Below are positions 26,911 to 35,868 of a DNA stretch of 36,435 nt, piece after piece. The stretch's first letter is position 1. Each line of letters opens with the position of its first letter. The DNA comes from Gemmatimonadota bacterium (lineage in GTDB: Bacteria > Gemmatimonadota > Gemmatimonadetes > Palauibacterales > Palauibacteraceae): the NCBI GenBank assembly GCA_039588275.1, contig JBDHAC010000033.1, positions 1-36,435 of the forward strand. The letters run 5' to 3'. The notes below the pieces were generated by a model that saw only the letters and a program-made list of their open reading frames with translations, ran no database searches and was not told the origin of the DNA. Made by a program: the position numbers and the translations under genes.

Positions 26911-29174
26911 CAGGCGGACCCTCCTGCCTGGCCCTGAGTCCGTTCACACCCGGACCCCTCGAACTGGTTACGCACCTCACGCATGTCGTCGGCGAACGGC
27001 CGGAAGTCGACCGAGCCCGCCGGAGCCAGCGCCACGTGCTGGGACAGCTCACCGAACGCCGCTGACAGGACCTCGTACCCCGTCGCGAGTCCGGTACAGT
27101 CGATCCGCCCGAGCTGGAAATCCGCCTCCCGCTCTTTGTACGCGGCGAGCGCTGCGGTGAACTCTCCGGAGAGGCGGATGAACTCCGGTGCCTGCGCGGG
27201 AGGGCGGACCGTCGGCGGAGCGACGGTCGCGGGTGTCTGAAATGCAGGCTGCGGAGGCTGTTCCCGCCCGAGCAGGAACCAGGCTGACACCGCCGCGATG
27301 ACCATGGCGGCGGCGATCAGCGCCCGGTCCCGCTTGCGACGAAGCGACGGAAACCAGCCGAGACCGTCTTCGGTTGGCATGACCACCGGGATCTCGGCCA
27401 GGCGATCCTCGTCCGGATCCTCGCTGACACCCACGAACGCGGACCGCGGCTGGCGCCCGGTTGGGGGCGCTGCAGTCTTTGCCTCGGACGCTGGCATCAT
27501 CACCTGAACCGGCTCACTGGGGTCGCCTGGCGGCGGCGCATCCTCATCGCCCCCCGCGTCCGGCGTCTCGACTTCGTCTGCCGCGATCTCCGCCGATTGC
27601 TCCGCGGCTTCGGAGTCTGTCCGCTCGGTAGGCGCGAGTCCCTCGGCCAGCGTTTGCTCCACCAGACCCAGGAGCCACTCGAGCGAGCCAGCGGCCGAGT
27701 CCGCCTCCGGTGGCTCCGCGCCGAGGGCTCCGTCCCGCGTGCCGACCTCGGGCAGGATGCCGGTTCCCTCGAGCGTGGCGTCCATCTCCGCCGCCTCCGT
27801 CGGCATGAGCTCCCGATATAAGGGGAGCTCCAGAACAGATGCCTCGTTCGCCTCCGGCTCGAACGGTGCGGGCCCCCAGATGGCTTCCAGGAACTCCGCG
27901 ACCTGGCCATCGTCGGCGTCCAACGAAGGACGCACCGGCCGGCTCTCGGCGGGTGCTTCATCGGGCTCGAGGTCCAGCGCACTAACGGCTTCGTGAAACT
28001 CGCCGCTGAGATCGGCCGCTGTCGCCGCCTGCTCGTCGCCGGGCGGTTTGGCCTTCTTGGTCTTTGCCGCCGACTTGGCTTTCGAGGTGCGTTTCTTCTT
28101 CCGTGCAGGCTTGACCTTGGCGGTCGGCTTCGCCTTGGGCGCGGACTTCTTCGATGCGGGTGTGCTGCGCTTCTTCCAGCGCTTGGCCGGCGGCCCACTG
28201 CGGGGCTCCGACTTGGTCTCCGCTTCCCCGTCCGCGTCAGTCTCGGGCCGGGCCTCGTCACTCTCATCGTCCTGTACATCGGGCGTCGGGCGGGGGCGCC
28301 GGGAAGGGACAGGCCACGTCGCGGGAACGACCTCCACCCGCTCTTCGGCCCGGTAGTTGGTCCAATCCACCACCGATGGCTTCTTGCCGTCGATCAGCTT
28401 CGCGTCAAGATCGATCAGCTCGTAGAAGCCACTGATGCCCTTCCGGTACAGGCTGGCTCGCCCGGTACGCTGGATGAAGCCCCCCACCACGCCTCGCTGG
28501 CCTGGTACGATCAGGAGCGCGCAGTGCCACGCCTCTGGGAAAAACTCCTCCTGCAGTTGAAGATCCGACTGCGAGAGGTGGAGCCCGAGAACGCCATGCT
28601 GGTGATACCACCCGATGATTTGACCGCGCCTTCGTCGGGCCTCACGCGAAGCGGATGCCCACGAACGACGAAAGGAGTCCACGTCGCCGCTGTGGGGGGC
28701 GTCGTGTGTCTCCCGGCGGGCGGCATCGATGACTACGTAGGGCGCTCGCGTCCAGGGACAGTACACGACGTGACCCAGCAAGAACCCATACGGCTCGCTG
28801 TTCGCCGAACCGATGAGATGCGCCCGAACCTCTCGCAAGACCGATTGTGCGACGAACAGCTCGTGGGGCTGGGATCGGTCCCGGACATGCGCCCGCCGCC
28901 CCTTGGAAGGGACCCAAGCGATCGCCCGCGAATACGGCTTGGGTCGCTTGCGGAAAGGAAGGCTCGGCGGCCACTCGTCGGGTTGATGCCGCTCGCCGGT
29001 ATCGCCCGGGTCCGGCACCGGCAGCAACACGCCGCGCGAGCGGCGCTGCCACCAGGCGACCACTGCAGAGCCAGTCTTTTCGAAGCGCGATTCCACCAGA
29101 TAGACCTCCAGCAGACCGCCGAAGTACTTCATCAGCCGGCTGCGAAGCGCACCGATGCCCGAATATCGAGTCAT
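26910..29174 (-). CDS. Membrane-anchored JAB/MPN protein, paralog D (intact JAMM); start uncertain (29132/29174/29312)
   Basis: EPYGFLLG and IGWYHQHGVLGLHLSQSD give E...HxH-x7-S-x2-D; Lys-rich then acidic linker; TM; DCTGL...SGCER. Confidence 0.85.
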   Translation of the reverse strand: MTRYSGIGALRSRLMKYFGGLLEVYLVESRFEKTGSAVVAWWQRRSRGVLLPVPDPGDTGERHQPDEWPPSLPFRKRPKPYSRAIAWVPSKGRRAHVRDRSQPHELFVAQSVLREVRAHLIGSANSEPYGFLLGHVVYCPWTRAPYVVIDAARRETHDAPHSGDVDSFRRSWASASREARRRRGQIIGWYHQHGVLGLHLSQSDLQLQEEFFPEAWHCALLIVPGQRGVVGGFIQRTGRASLYRKGISGFYELIDLDAKLIDGKKPSVVDWTNYRAEERVEVVPATWPVPSRRPRPTPDVQDDESDEARPETDADGEAETKSEPRSGPPAKRWKKRSTPASKKSAPKAKPTAKVKPARKKKRTSKAKSAAKTKKAKPPGDEQAATAADLSGEFHEAVSALDLEPDEAPAESRPVRPSLDADDGQVAEFLEAIWGPAPFEPEANEASVLELPLYRELMPTEAAEMDATLEGTGILPEVGTRDGALGAEPPEADSAAGSLEWLLGLVEQTLAEGLAPTERTDSEAAEQSAEIAADEVETPDAGGDEDAPPPGDPSEPVQVMMPASEAKTAAPPTGRQPRSAFVGVSEDPDEDRLAEIPVVMPTEDGLGWFPSLRRKRDRALIAAAMVIAAVSAWFLLGREQPPQPAFQTPATVAPPTVRPPAQAPEFIRLSGEFTAALAAYKEREADFQLGRIDCTGLATGYEVLSAAFGELSQHVALAPAGSVDFRPFADDMREVRNQFEGSGCERTQGQAGGSA

Positions 29175-29475
29175 GCTCGGGGATCTCGAACTTTCCGAGC
29201 CCTTCAATATACCTCCGAGACGGTCGAAACGCCGCGTTGGTGGCAAGGCCTGGCCCGAATCCGGCAACTCGGCACGCACCGTGCCCCACTCGCCCCTCGC
29301 ATCGTGACTCATCGGCGGGTCGCGTCGCCTGCGTAGGGCGTCACGGCGTTTTCGTCCTATGTACGTAGTCGTGCCCGCGCGAGGCGATCTAAACGGTGGT
29401 GCGGGCAAAGTGCGGCAAGCCCTGACCTTTACCGGGCATCCGGGTCTGGGGCGGCATGCAGGAGGGAGAGATCGC

Positions 29476-31581
29476 TTGAAGGGCGATCCGAGGGACGACG
29501 GCGTCTCGCAGGCGGCAGGCCTTCTTGGCCGGGCCGTCCAACAGCACCGCATCTATCCAGCCGCCAGCCCCCTGTGCTTGGAGTCCATCAACAACTGCCT
29601 GTCGGCGTTGGAGCAACTCTCGGGCGAGGCCCTCGAGCTTCGCGTTGCGCCGCGGCAGATCTTTCATGGCGCCGATCCCCTCCCCGGGACGGCGGCGCTC
29701 AGCGAGCTGGCCGACCGGCTCTTCCGCGCCGACGTGGAGGAGTTGCGCGTCAACCGGGAGACCCCGGCCAAAGAGCTCGGGCGGTTCTGCCGTCAGCTCG
29801 CCACCTGGGACCGCCGGAACGAACGGGACGGCTCGTTCGCCGAGATCCTCGGAGAGCGGGGGGTCAACTCCATCACCGCGCGGGCGGCGGACAAGCTGGA
29901 GATCCTCGAGGTCGACGTGATCTCCAACGAGAGATTGGCCCAGTTGAGCGAGGAGCGACGGGCGCGAGCACCCGAAGACCAGCCCCGTGAGGGCGACGGA
30001 AGTCACCAGGCATGGATCCAGGTCGATACCGATTGCGATGTGGAATCCATCGATCTCGTCGATCTGGCCTTTCTCGTCGAGAACCAGGCAGACCTCGCCC
30101 AGGTGCTCTACGACATCGCGGAAGGAGGTGCTCAACGCGCATCGGGCGCCGAAGCGCTCCGCGAGAACATCGCCGAGCTCATCGAGCTGTACAGCTCGCT
30201 CAGCCCGCGTGTTGCCGAGAACCGATTTGACGACCTCGCGCGGACGCTCATGACGCTGGATCCGGAGACGCGGGAGGCCCTGACGCAGGATGTGCTCATG
30301 CCGGACCTCCTCGAGACCGGCAAGGCCGCCCGCCTGCTGCAGTTACTCCCGGACGAGGAGATGGTCGACGCCATCCGTACGCTGGGGGAGCTCGAGGTCG
30401 GGGCGCCGGGCCTGGTGAAGCTCGCGTTCGATCGGCTCGCGCTCCCGGACGAGCGGCGCGTGGCCCTCGCGAGAACGGTCGACGAATCGCTCCACCCGGG
30501 TCCCGAGGAGGGAGAGTCCGACTCGACCCACGTAAGACTCTCGGCGGATGGATCAGAGAGTCAAGATCTTCAGGAGTACACCGCTCACGAGCTTTCCGTG
30601 GACGAAGAGACGGCTGCGGAGCTGGACCGCATCAAGACCGCGGTCGAGGCGGTCCAGCCGGCCGAGGGGGGGTCAGAGTGGCTGCGCGGCTGCGCCAATC
30701 TCGTTCGTCACGTTCGTAACCCCGACCATGTCGAGGAGATGCTCGAGCTTGCCGCGGAGGCACTGGTCTCGCTGATTCGCTCGGATGCCGGGAAGGCCGC
30801 GGGGGCTGTCGACGACCTCTGTTCCGCGGCCGATGCCGTGCGCGACCACAGGCCGGAGGTCGCCGAGGCCGTGGATGGGCTCATGCTGTCCATCTGCTCT
30901 CCGTCTTTCCTGCGGGCCCAAGCGCAGGACTGGCTCGGCCAGGAAGACCCGGATTCTGCCGGGCGGGCCCTTCTGCTGGCCCTGGGGACCGCTTCGATAG
31001 AAGCCTTCGTGCGCTTCCTCGATGAAGAGCCGTCGCGGGCCGTACGGCGACGAGTGATGGACTTCATGTGCGAGAACGGACGCGCGCTCGCCGCCGTGTC
31101 GATCCCTTATCTGAGCGACGAGCGCTGGACCGTGGTGCGCAACATGGTCCGGATCATCGGGTTCGCCGGCCCCGGACATGAGGCACAGCTGGCTCCCCTC
31201 GTCGGGCACCCGGAAGACCGCGTTGCCAGGGAGGCGCTTCTCGCACTGGCACGTATAGGGTCACCGGAAGCCGCCAAGCTGGTGGTCGGAAGGCTCGAGG
31301 AAGAGAACCCATCCCGACGAGCGATGGCGGAGGAGTCGATCCGCACCTTCCCGGTGGAGGAAGGTCGCCGCCAGGCGCGCCGACTGCTCGCGGACCAGAG
31401 ACTCCTGCGTCGCTCCCCCGAGCTTGCCCGTAGCCTCGTCGAGCGATTCGTCGCGACCGATCGAACGGGCTGGGAGGATGTTCTCTCTCCGATCCTGTCG
31501 CTGCGCTTCCGGTTCTGGAATCGCAGGCAGATGGCGCTGGGCCGGGCCGCAGCGGCGGCGCTCAAGGGGAGTCGACGGTGA
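29476..31581 (+). CDS. HEAT-repeat domain protein
   Basis: TTG start after GGAGGGAGAG; C-terminal HEAT repeats (DERWTVVRNMVRIIG, HPEDRVAREALLALARIG); GTGA overlap with the next gene. Confidence 0.85.
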   Translation: MKGDPRDDGVSQAAGLLGRAVQQHRIYPAASPLCLESINNCLSALEQLSGEALELRVAPRQIFHGADPLPGTAALSELADRLFRADVEELRVNRETPAKELGRFCRQLATWDRRNERDGSFAEILGERGVNSITARAADKLEILEVDVISNERLAQLSEERRARAPEDQPREGDGSHQAWIQVDTDCDVESIDLVDLAFLVENQADLAQVLYDIAEGGAQRASGAEALRENIAELIELYSSLSPRVAENRFDDLARTLMTLDPETREALTQDVLMPDLLETGKAARLLQLLPDEEMVDAIRTLGELEVGAPGLVKLAFDRLALPDERRVALARTVDESLHPGPEEGESDSTHVRLSADGSESQDLQEYTAHELSVDEETAAELDRIKTAVEAVQPAEGGSEWLRGCANLVRHVRNPDHVEEMLELAAEALVSLIRSDAGKAAGAVDDLCSAADAVRDHRPEVAEAVDGLMLSICSPSFLRAQAQDWLGQEDPDSAGRALLLALGTASIEAFVRFLDEEPSRAVRRRVMDFMCENGRALAAVSIPYLSDERWTVVRNMVRIIGFAGPGHEAQLAPLVGHPEDRVAREALLALARIGSPEAAKLVVGRLEEENPSRRAMAEESIRTFPVEEGRRQARRLLADQRLLRRSPELARSLVERFVATDRTGWEDVLSPILSLRFRFWNRRQMALGRAAAAALKGSRR

Positions 31582-32981
31582 GTGGGCTGGCCCGAGACTC
31601 GAGAACGTTGACGCCGCTCGTCATCCTGCGGGCGTTGAGCGGTCTTCGCAGGAGTCTCGCGCTCTACCCCTCCGGCCACACGGTGATCGAACAGGCGATC
31701 GATGAGTTGGAGCGCGTGCTCGAGCAGGTCTTCGTGGAGCACGACAGGGTCCGCATCGAGCTCGTCGACAAGACCGCGCACCTCGAGGGATACCCGTTCC
31801 GGGTCGAGAGCCACTCGAACGCCGATGCCCTGGAAGAGTTACAGCGACTCGAGATCGAGTGTCTGCAGATCGAGCGTGGCGTGGAAAGGGACGAGCTCGC
31901 GGAGATGGCGGGCCTCCTCCATAGATTGGGGGATCGTGTCCCAGAGGATTCGATGCGCGGCCTCCTGCTCGCCGAGGGGGTGAAACGGGTGACCATGACT
32001 CGACTCGTCCCGGTCGAGACCCGTTTCCAGTCGTTCGAGTGGCCCAGTGAGCCCGAGAGTATCCTGGAGCCGGGGTATGCCAGAGCGCTCGATGACGCGC
32101 ACGACTCCATCGGTGCGATCTTCGAGGGTGGGACGCCGGACGCACAGTCGCTGCACCAGCTGCTGGCGTGGATTAGCGAACAGGTCGCAGACAGCACCTC
32201 CGCCCTGAGCCAGATCCTCTCCGTGAAGAGATACGAGAACCACACCTACTGCCACTCGGTGAACGTGGCGACGCTCGCGATGCTCCTCGGTCGCCGGATC
32301 GGACTCGAGGAAGCCGAGCTGATGTCGCTCTCGGAGGCGGCTCTCCTCCACGACGTAGGTAAGCGCCAGATTCCCTCGGACATCCTCACGAAACCGGGCC
32401 CGCTCAACCGGCGTGAGTGGCGCATCGTGCAACGTCACCCCGTCATAGGCGCGAGCATCCTCACGCGCGCGAGCGGTTTCGAGCCCCTCACGCCGACGGT
32501 AGCCCTCGAGCACCATCGAGAGTACGGAGGTGGCGGGTACCCGGATCTGGAGGAACAGAGACCGCATCTGTTGAGCCAGATCGTCGCGGTCGTGGATACG
32601 TACGAGGCACTCACCGGAGCCCGGCCCTACCGCGAGCCGTTGGTTCCGGAGGAAGCATGTCTCATCCTCGCCCGGATGGCCGGGGAGAAGCTGAATCCGG
32701 CATTGGTGAAGGCGTTCGTGAGCCTGGTCACGTTCTTCCCGCTCGGCTCGGTGGTGCGAACCTCTCTCGGGGAGATCGGGGTGGTGATCGACACGTCGGA
32801 AGACGACCCGCTCCACCCCGTGATTCGATTGGGTGGTGGCGGTCTGGACTCGCCGGGGACGAGGATCGATACCGCCGACCGGGATGCCGGGGGAGAGTAC
32901 GTGCGACACATCGTCGAGACGCTGCCCCGGTCCGTCGCCGATCCGGATCCGGAACCGGAGCCCCTCGCCGCCTCCGCCTGA
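31578..32981 (+). CDS. HD-GYP domain protein (cyclic dinucleotide phosphodiesterase family)
   Basis: TYCHSVNV, LLHDVGK, HP..G, EHHREYGGGGYP, VDTYEALT..RPYR. Confidence 0.92.
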   Translation: MSGLARDSRTLTPLVILRALSGLRRSLALYPSGHTVIEQAIDELERVLEQVFVEHDRVRIELVDKTAHLEGYPFRVESHSNADALEELQRLEIECLQIERGVERDELAEMAGLLHRLGDRVPEDSMRGLLLAEGVKRVTMTRLVPVETRFQSFEWPSEPESILEPGYARALDDAHDSIGAIFEGGTPDAQSLHQLLAWISEQVADSTSALSQILSVKRYENHTYCHSVNVATLAMLLGRRIGLEEAELMSLSEAALLHDVGKRQIPSDILTKPGPLNRREWRIVQRHPVIGASILTRASGFEPLTPTVALEHHREYGGGGYPDLEEQRPHLLSQIVAVVDTYEALTGARPYREPLVPEEACLILARMAGEKLNPALVKAFVSLVTFFPLGSVVRTSLGEIGVVIDTSEDDPLHPVIRLGGGGLDSPGTRIDTADRDAGGEYVRHIVETLPRSVADPDPEPEPLAASA

Positions 32982-33025
32982 GTCGACGCAGCGGCCTTCC
33001 ACACGCCGAAGCGCAGCCTATACCT

Positions 33026-33064
33026 CGGTTGGAGGGGCCCGAGTCCCGGTTGGAGGGGTCCGAG
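33026..33064. repeat. Short tandem direct repeat (18 bp x2, 21-bp period)
   Basis: CGGTTGGAGGGGCCCGAG and CGGTTGGAGGGGTCCGAG, one mismatch, just upstream of the tRNA. Confidence 0.8.
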
Positions 33065-33091
33065 GCGCCCGCTATATTCGCCTCCCACCCA

Positions 33092-33165
33092 GGCCCCGTA
33101 GCTCAGGTGGATAGAGCGCGGGATTCCTAATCCCGAGGCCGCAGGTTCGAGTCCTGCCGGGGTCA
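33092..33165 (+). tRNA. tRNA-Arg(CCT), CCA not encoded
   Basis: Acceptor GGCCCCG/CGGGGTC, D-arm TAGCTCAGGTGGATAGAGC, anticodon arm CGGGA-TTCCTAA-TCCCG, T-arm GCAGG-TTCGAGT-CCTGC. Confidence 0.96.
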
Positions 33166-33489
33166 CTCGCAACCACGCGGGTTTTCGGCTGTTACAACGG
33201 CACCGAAAGCCCGGATGGGAACCGTTTTGGGAACGATTCCGCCCCCCGGGTCCCAGACGAGAGGACGCACCCCCACAGCAGTCCGACGCCCGGGCTTGAG
33301 GACGGGATCGAGACTTACGTCCCCGAGTTCGGTTTGCAGACGGTCTGGTACGACGATCCCTAGACGCACGCTGCCTCTGCTTGCCACTCGCGGCTGATCC
33401 TCGGCTCCTTGGGGATCGCCTCGGACTTGGGTGGAAATGTGTGGGATATGGCCACCCCACTGCTCCCCTCGTCCTCCGGTCGCGGTGTA

Positions 33490-33840
33490 ACACAAGAAGC
33501 GATCGGGGGTCCGACGGATGGACCGATTCAGGGCGAGATCGTTTACCCACGACGTACCATCGTGAGCGAACCGATCGTGGTCCTAATCAACAACAACATC
33601 ACTGACAGGCAGAGGCCTCTGGTCGAGGCCTTCACGGACTATCTCTGGAGCCGAGAAGCCCAGCAGCTCCTTGTCGACTACGGCTTTCAGAGCGTCCTGG
33701 AAGAGCTGAGTAGTCCCGACCAGTTTATGGATGCCGAAGATGCCTTCACCCTGGAGGACCTCGGCGGGGCTAGGGTCGCCAGGCGGGAGATTCTCGAGGC
33801 CGTCTGGAAAGACAGGGTCCTCCCTGAGGTGGAGCGCTAA
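33490..33840 (+). pseudogene. C-terminal fragment of a sulfate/thiosulfate ABC substrate-binding protein (Sbp/CysP-like)
   Basis: QEA...EIVYPRRTIVSEPIVVLI...EAFTDYLWSREAQQLLVDYGF matches the Sbp C-terminal third; no signal peptide or N-terminal part, and no room for it after the tRNA. Confidence 0.7.
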
Positions 33841-33933
33841 ATCCGGCATGCCGAACGCATCGTCCTGACGCACGTGCTCGGTGGCGACCCTTCGGTGCAT
33901 CGTCGAGTCCGACAACCTCCACCTACGCGGATC

Positions 33934-34359
33934 TCACGGCTCAGGCCCCCGCCTCGGGCTCGGGTTCGAGATCGTCGAGAACATCACGCCGTATTGACGG
34001 ATAGTGTCCTTGATGCACGGTAACTCGGGATGCTCCATTGCGTCCACGAGATTGTCCACGAACGACTGATCCGCCGCGTGAGACTGTCCCAGCGCGAAGC
34101 TCTCAGCCAAGCTGTAGCGAGACCACGACTGAACCTGCAAGATCCGGTGTCCGCAATCCCGATACGCTCTGTAAAGAGCCAAGAACGCGCTGAAGAGAAC
34201 GTCAGGCGGGCACCGACTTCGATCGAACCAGCGGTCAGCCTGTGAGCGTGCACCGCGCAGGGTCGCGCGGGCCGGCAGGAGCGAGTCGTGAAGCGTTCTC
34301 TCGGCAGGCTCGCGACTGTTACGGAGTACCGTGAGCAGGTTCTTGAACGCGGACTCCAT
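33934..34359 (-). CDS. Hypothetical protein or gene remnant
   Basis: 141-codon ORF filling the gap with protein-like helical composition; no recognised motif. Confidence 0.4.
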   Translation of the reverse strand: MESAFKNLLTVLRNSREPAERTLHDSLLPARATLRGARSQADRWFDRSRCPPDVLFSAFLALYRAYRDCGHRILQVQSWSRYSLAESFALGQSHAADQSFVDNLVDAMEHPELPCIKDTIRQYGVMFSTISNPSPRRGPEP

Positions 34360-34619
34360 CCATCGCCGCCTCGCCAGGGTCTCGCCGACGCCGAGATCTA
34401 GGGATTCCTCTCTGACATCTAGACGACGCGGACGGGTTGCTACTCGGAGATTCTCACCTTCCGCGACAGTGTTGTGGCCGAACGTGGAGACGTCCTAGAT
34501 TTGCGTCAGCCACGCACCCAGAATTGCCGCTAGGGGCAGGACCAGGATTGACTCACGGCCTCCGGGGACGGTGTTGCTGGAGCTCCACCGACTCCAATCG
34601 CTCGCGGGGAGGCCCTCAA

Positions 34620-35222
34620 GTGGAAGAGTTCAAGGAATCGCGCCTTGCCTCCGGAGCCGGGGAGCTGTGGGATCTCGCTACGCGCGCTGAGTTCCTCGAC
34701 GCGGTCGGCGATGGATCCCTGCCCGAGGAGGCGTTCAATCGCTGGCTCGTGCAGGATTACCTGTTCGTGCGTGGCTTCACCCGCTTCGCCTCCCTGACGA
34801 TCGCCAAGACGCCGCGGCCGGGTCAGAGCGTCCTGATTGGGGGCCTGGCGGCTCTCGACGAGGAGCTCAACTGGTTCGAGGCGCACGCCCGGGCCAGGTC
34901 TCTGGATCTCTCCTCCGCCCTTCATCCCGTCTGCCGGCGCTACGCGGACTTCCTTCTCAGCTCCGCCTACTCGGAGCCGTTTCAGGTGCTCCTGGCCATC
35001 TTCTACGGCGTCGAAGTGGCCTACACCGTCGCATGGGGCAGGCTCGAGCCTCAGGGACCCTACGAGGAGTTCATCGACCGATGGACGCACGAGGACTTCG
35101 TCGCGTACGTTCGCGCCCTCCTCGCGCTCGTGGACGAGCATCCCCACCCCCGGCAGCAGGCGATGTTCAACGAGGTGATGCGTCATGAACGAGGTTTCTG
35201 GCGCATGACCTGGGAAGGCTGA
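34620..35222 (+). CDS. TenA family protein, Glu-type (lacks catalytic Cys)
   Basis: GGAGG RBS before GTG; FNRWLVQDYLF, DEELNWF, YGVEVAY, FIDRW and ERGFW motifs. Confidence 0.87.
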   Translation: MEEFKESRLASGAGELWDLATRAEFLDAVGDGSLPEEAFNRWLVQDYLFVRGFTRFASLTIAKTPRPGQSVLIGGLAALDEELNWFEAHARARSLDLSSALHPVCRRYADFLLSSAYSEPFQVLLAIFYGVEVAYTVAWGRLEPQGPYEEFIDRWTHEDFVAYVRALLALVDEHPHPRQQAMFNEVMRHERGFWRMTWEG

Positions 35223-35229
35223 GCCCCAC

Positions 35230-35868
35230 ATGCCTGCCCAGCCGCTCCACGCCACCCTCTGGAACCAGAATCGAGCCCTGGCCGAGGCGTGTCTGGCCCA
35301 TCCGTTCGTCCGCGGGCTGGGAGAGGGCGATTTGGATCCCGAACTGTTCAAGCGTTATGTGGCCCAAGACGTGTTCTTCCTGCGGGCGTTCTTCAGCGCC
35401 TACGCCCTGGCAGCCGTCCGGGCGATGGCGGGACGTGGGGTGGTAGAGCGACTTCACCGGCTCATGGGGGGCGTCCTTGATGAGCTGGGTCTGCACGAGG
35501 GTTACGCCGAGAGTCTGGCAATCCGTCTGGAAGACATCCGACCCCACCCGGCCACCCGCGCTTACACTGATTTCTTGCTGCGGACCGCGTGGACCGCCGA
35601 TGTAGGCGAGATCATGGCGGCGATGACGCCGTGCATGCGGCTCTACGCCTGGTTGGGTCAGCGGTTGGCAGTGAGTGACCTGTCTCGGAATCCATATCGA
35701 GAGTGGATCGAGACCTACTCGACCGACGAGTTCGAGGCGCTGGCGGTCGAGCTCGAGCGGCTGCTGGACTCGTTCGCCGACGACACCGCCGAAGTCGCCG
35801 CCGCCTACGGCTACGCCATGCGCTGTGAGCTCGACTTCTTCTCTGCCTCTCTTGCCGAGGCTCCATGA
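35230..35868 (+). CDS. tenA: TenA family protein, Cys-type (thiaminase II / aminopyrimidine aminohydrolase)
   Basis: HPFV, YVAQDVFFL, YTDFL, MTPCMRLY, NPYREWIETY and ELDFF motifs. Confidence 0.9.
   Translation: MPAQPLHATLWNQNRALAEACLAHPFVRGLGEGDLDPELFKRYVAQDVFFLRAFFSAYALAAVRAMAGRGVVERLHRLMGGVLDELGLHEGYAESLAIRLEDIRPHPATRAYTDFLLRTAWTADVGEIMAAMTPCMRLYAWLGQRLAVSDLSRNPYREWIETYSTDEFEALAVELERLLDSFADDTAEVAAAYGYAMRCELDFFSASLAEAP

Noticed and set aside
23104..29174. CBASS/Bil-type anti-phage or sulfur-carrier JAB operon
   Set aside because: No cyclase, E1, E2, ThiF or ubiquitin-like gene in the window, and the proteins are membrane-anchored unlike those JABs.
29175..29552. Long N-terminal extension of the 880-aa ORF
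   Set aside because: It overlaps the divergent HEAT gene start and is not protein-like; the real start is probably 29132-29312.
33026..33064. CRISPR array
   Set aside because: Only two 18-bp copies separated by 3 nt, no spacers, no cas genes.
34360..34620. TPP riboswitch upstream of the tenA pair
   Set aside because: Conserved CTGAGA and AACCTGAT elements were not found by eye.
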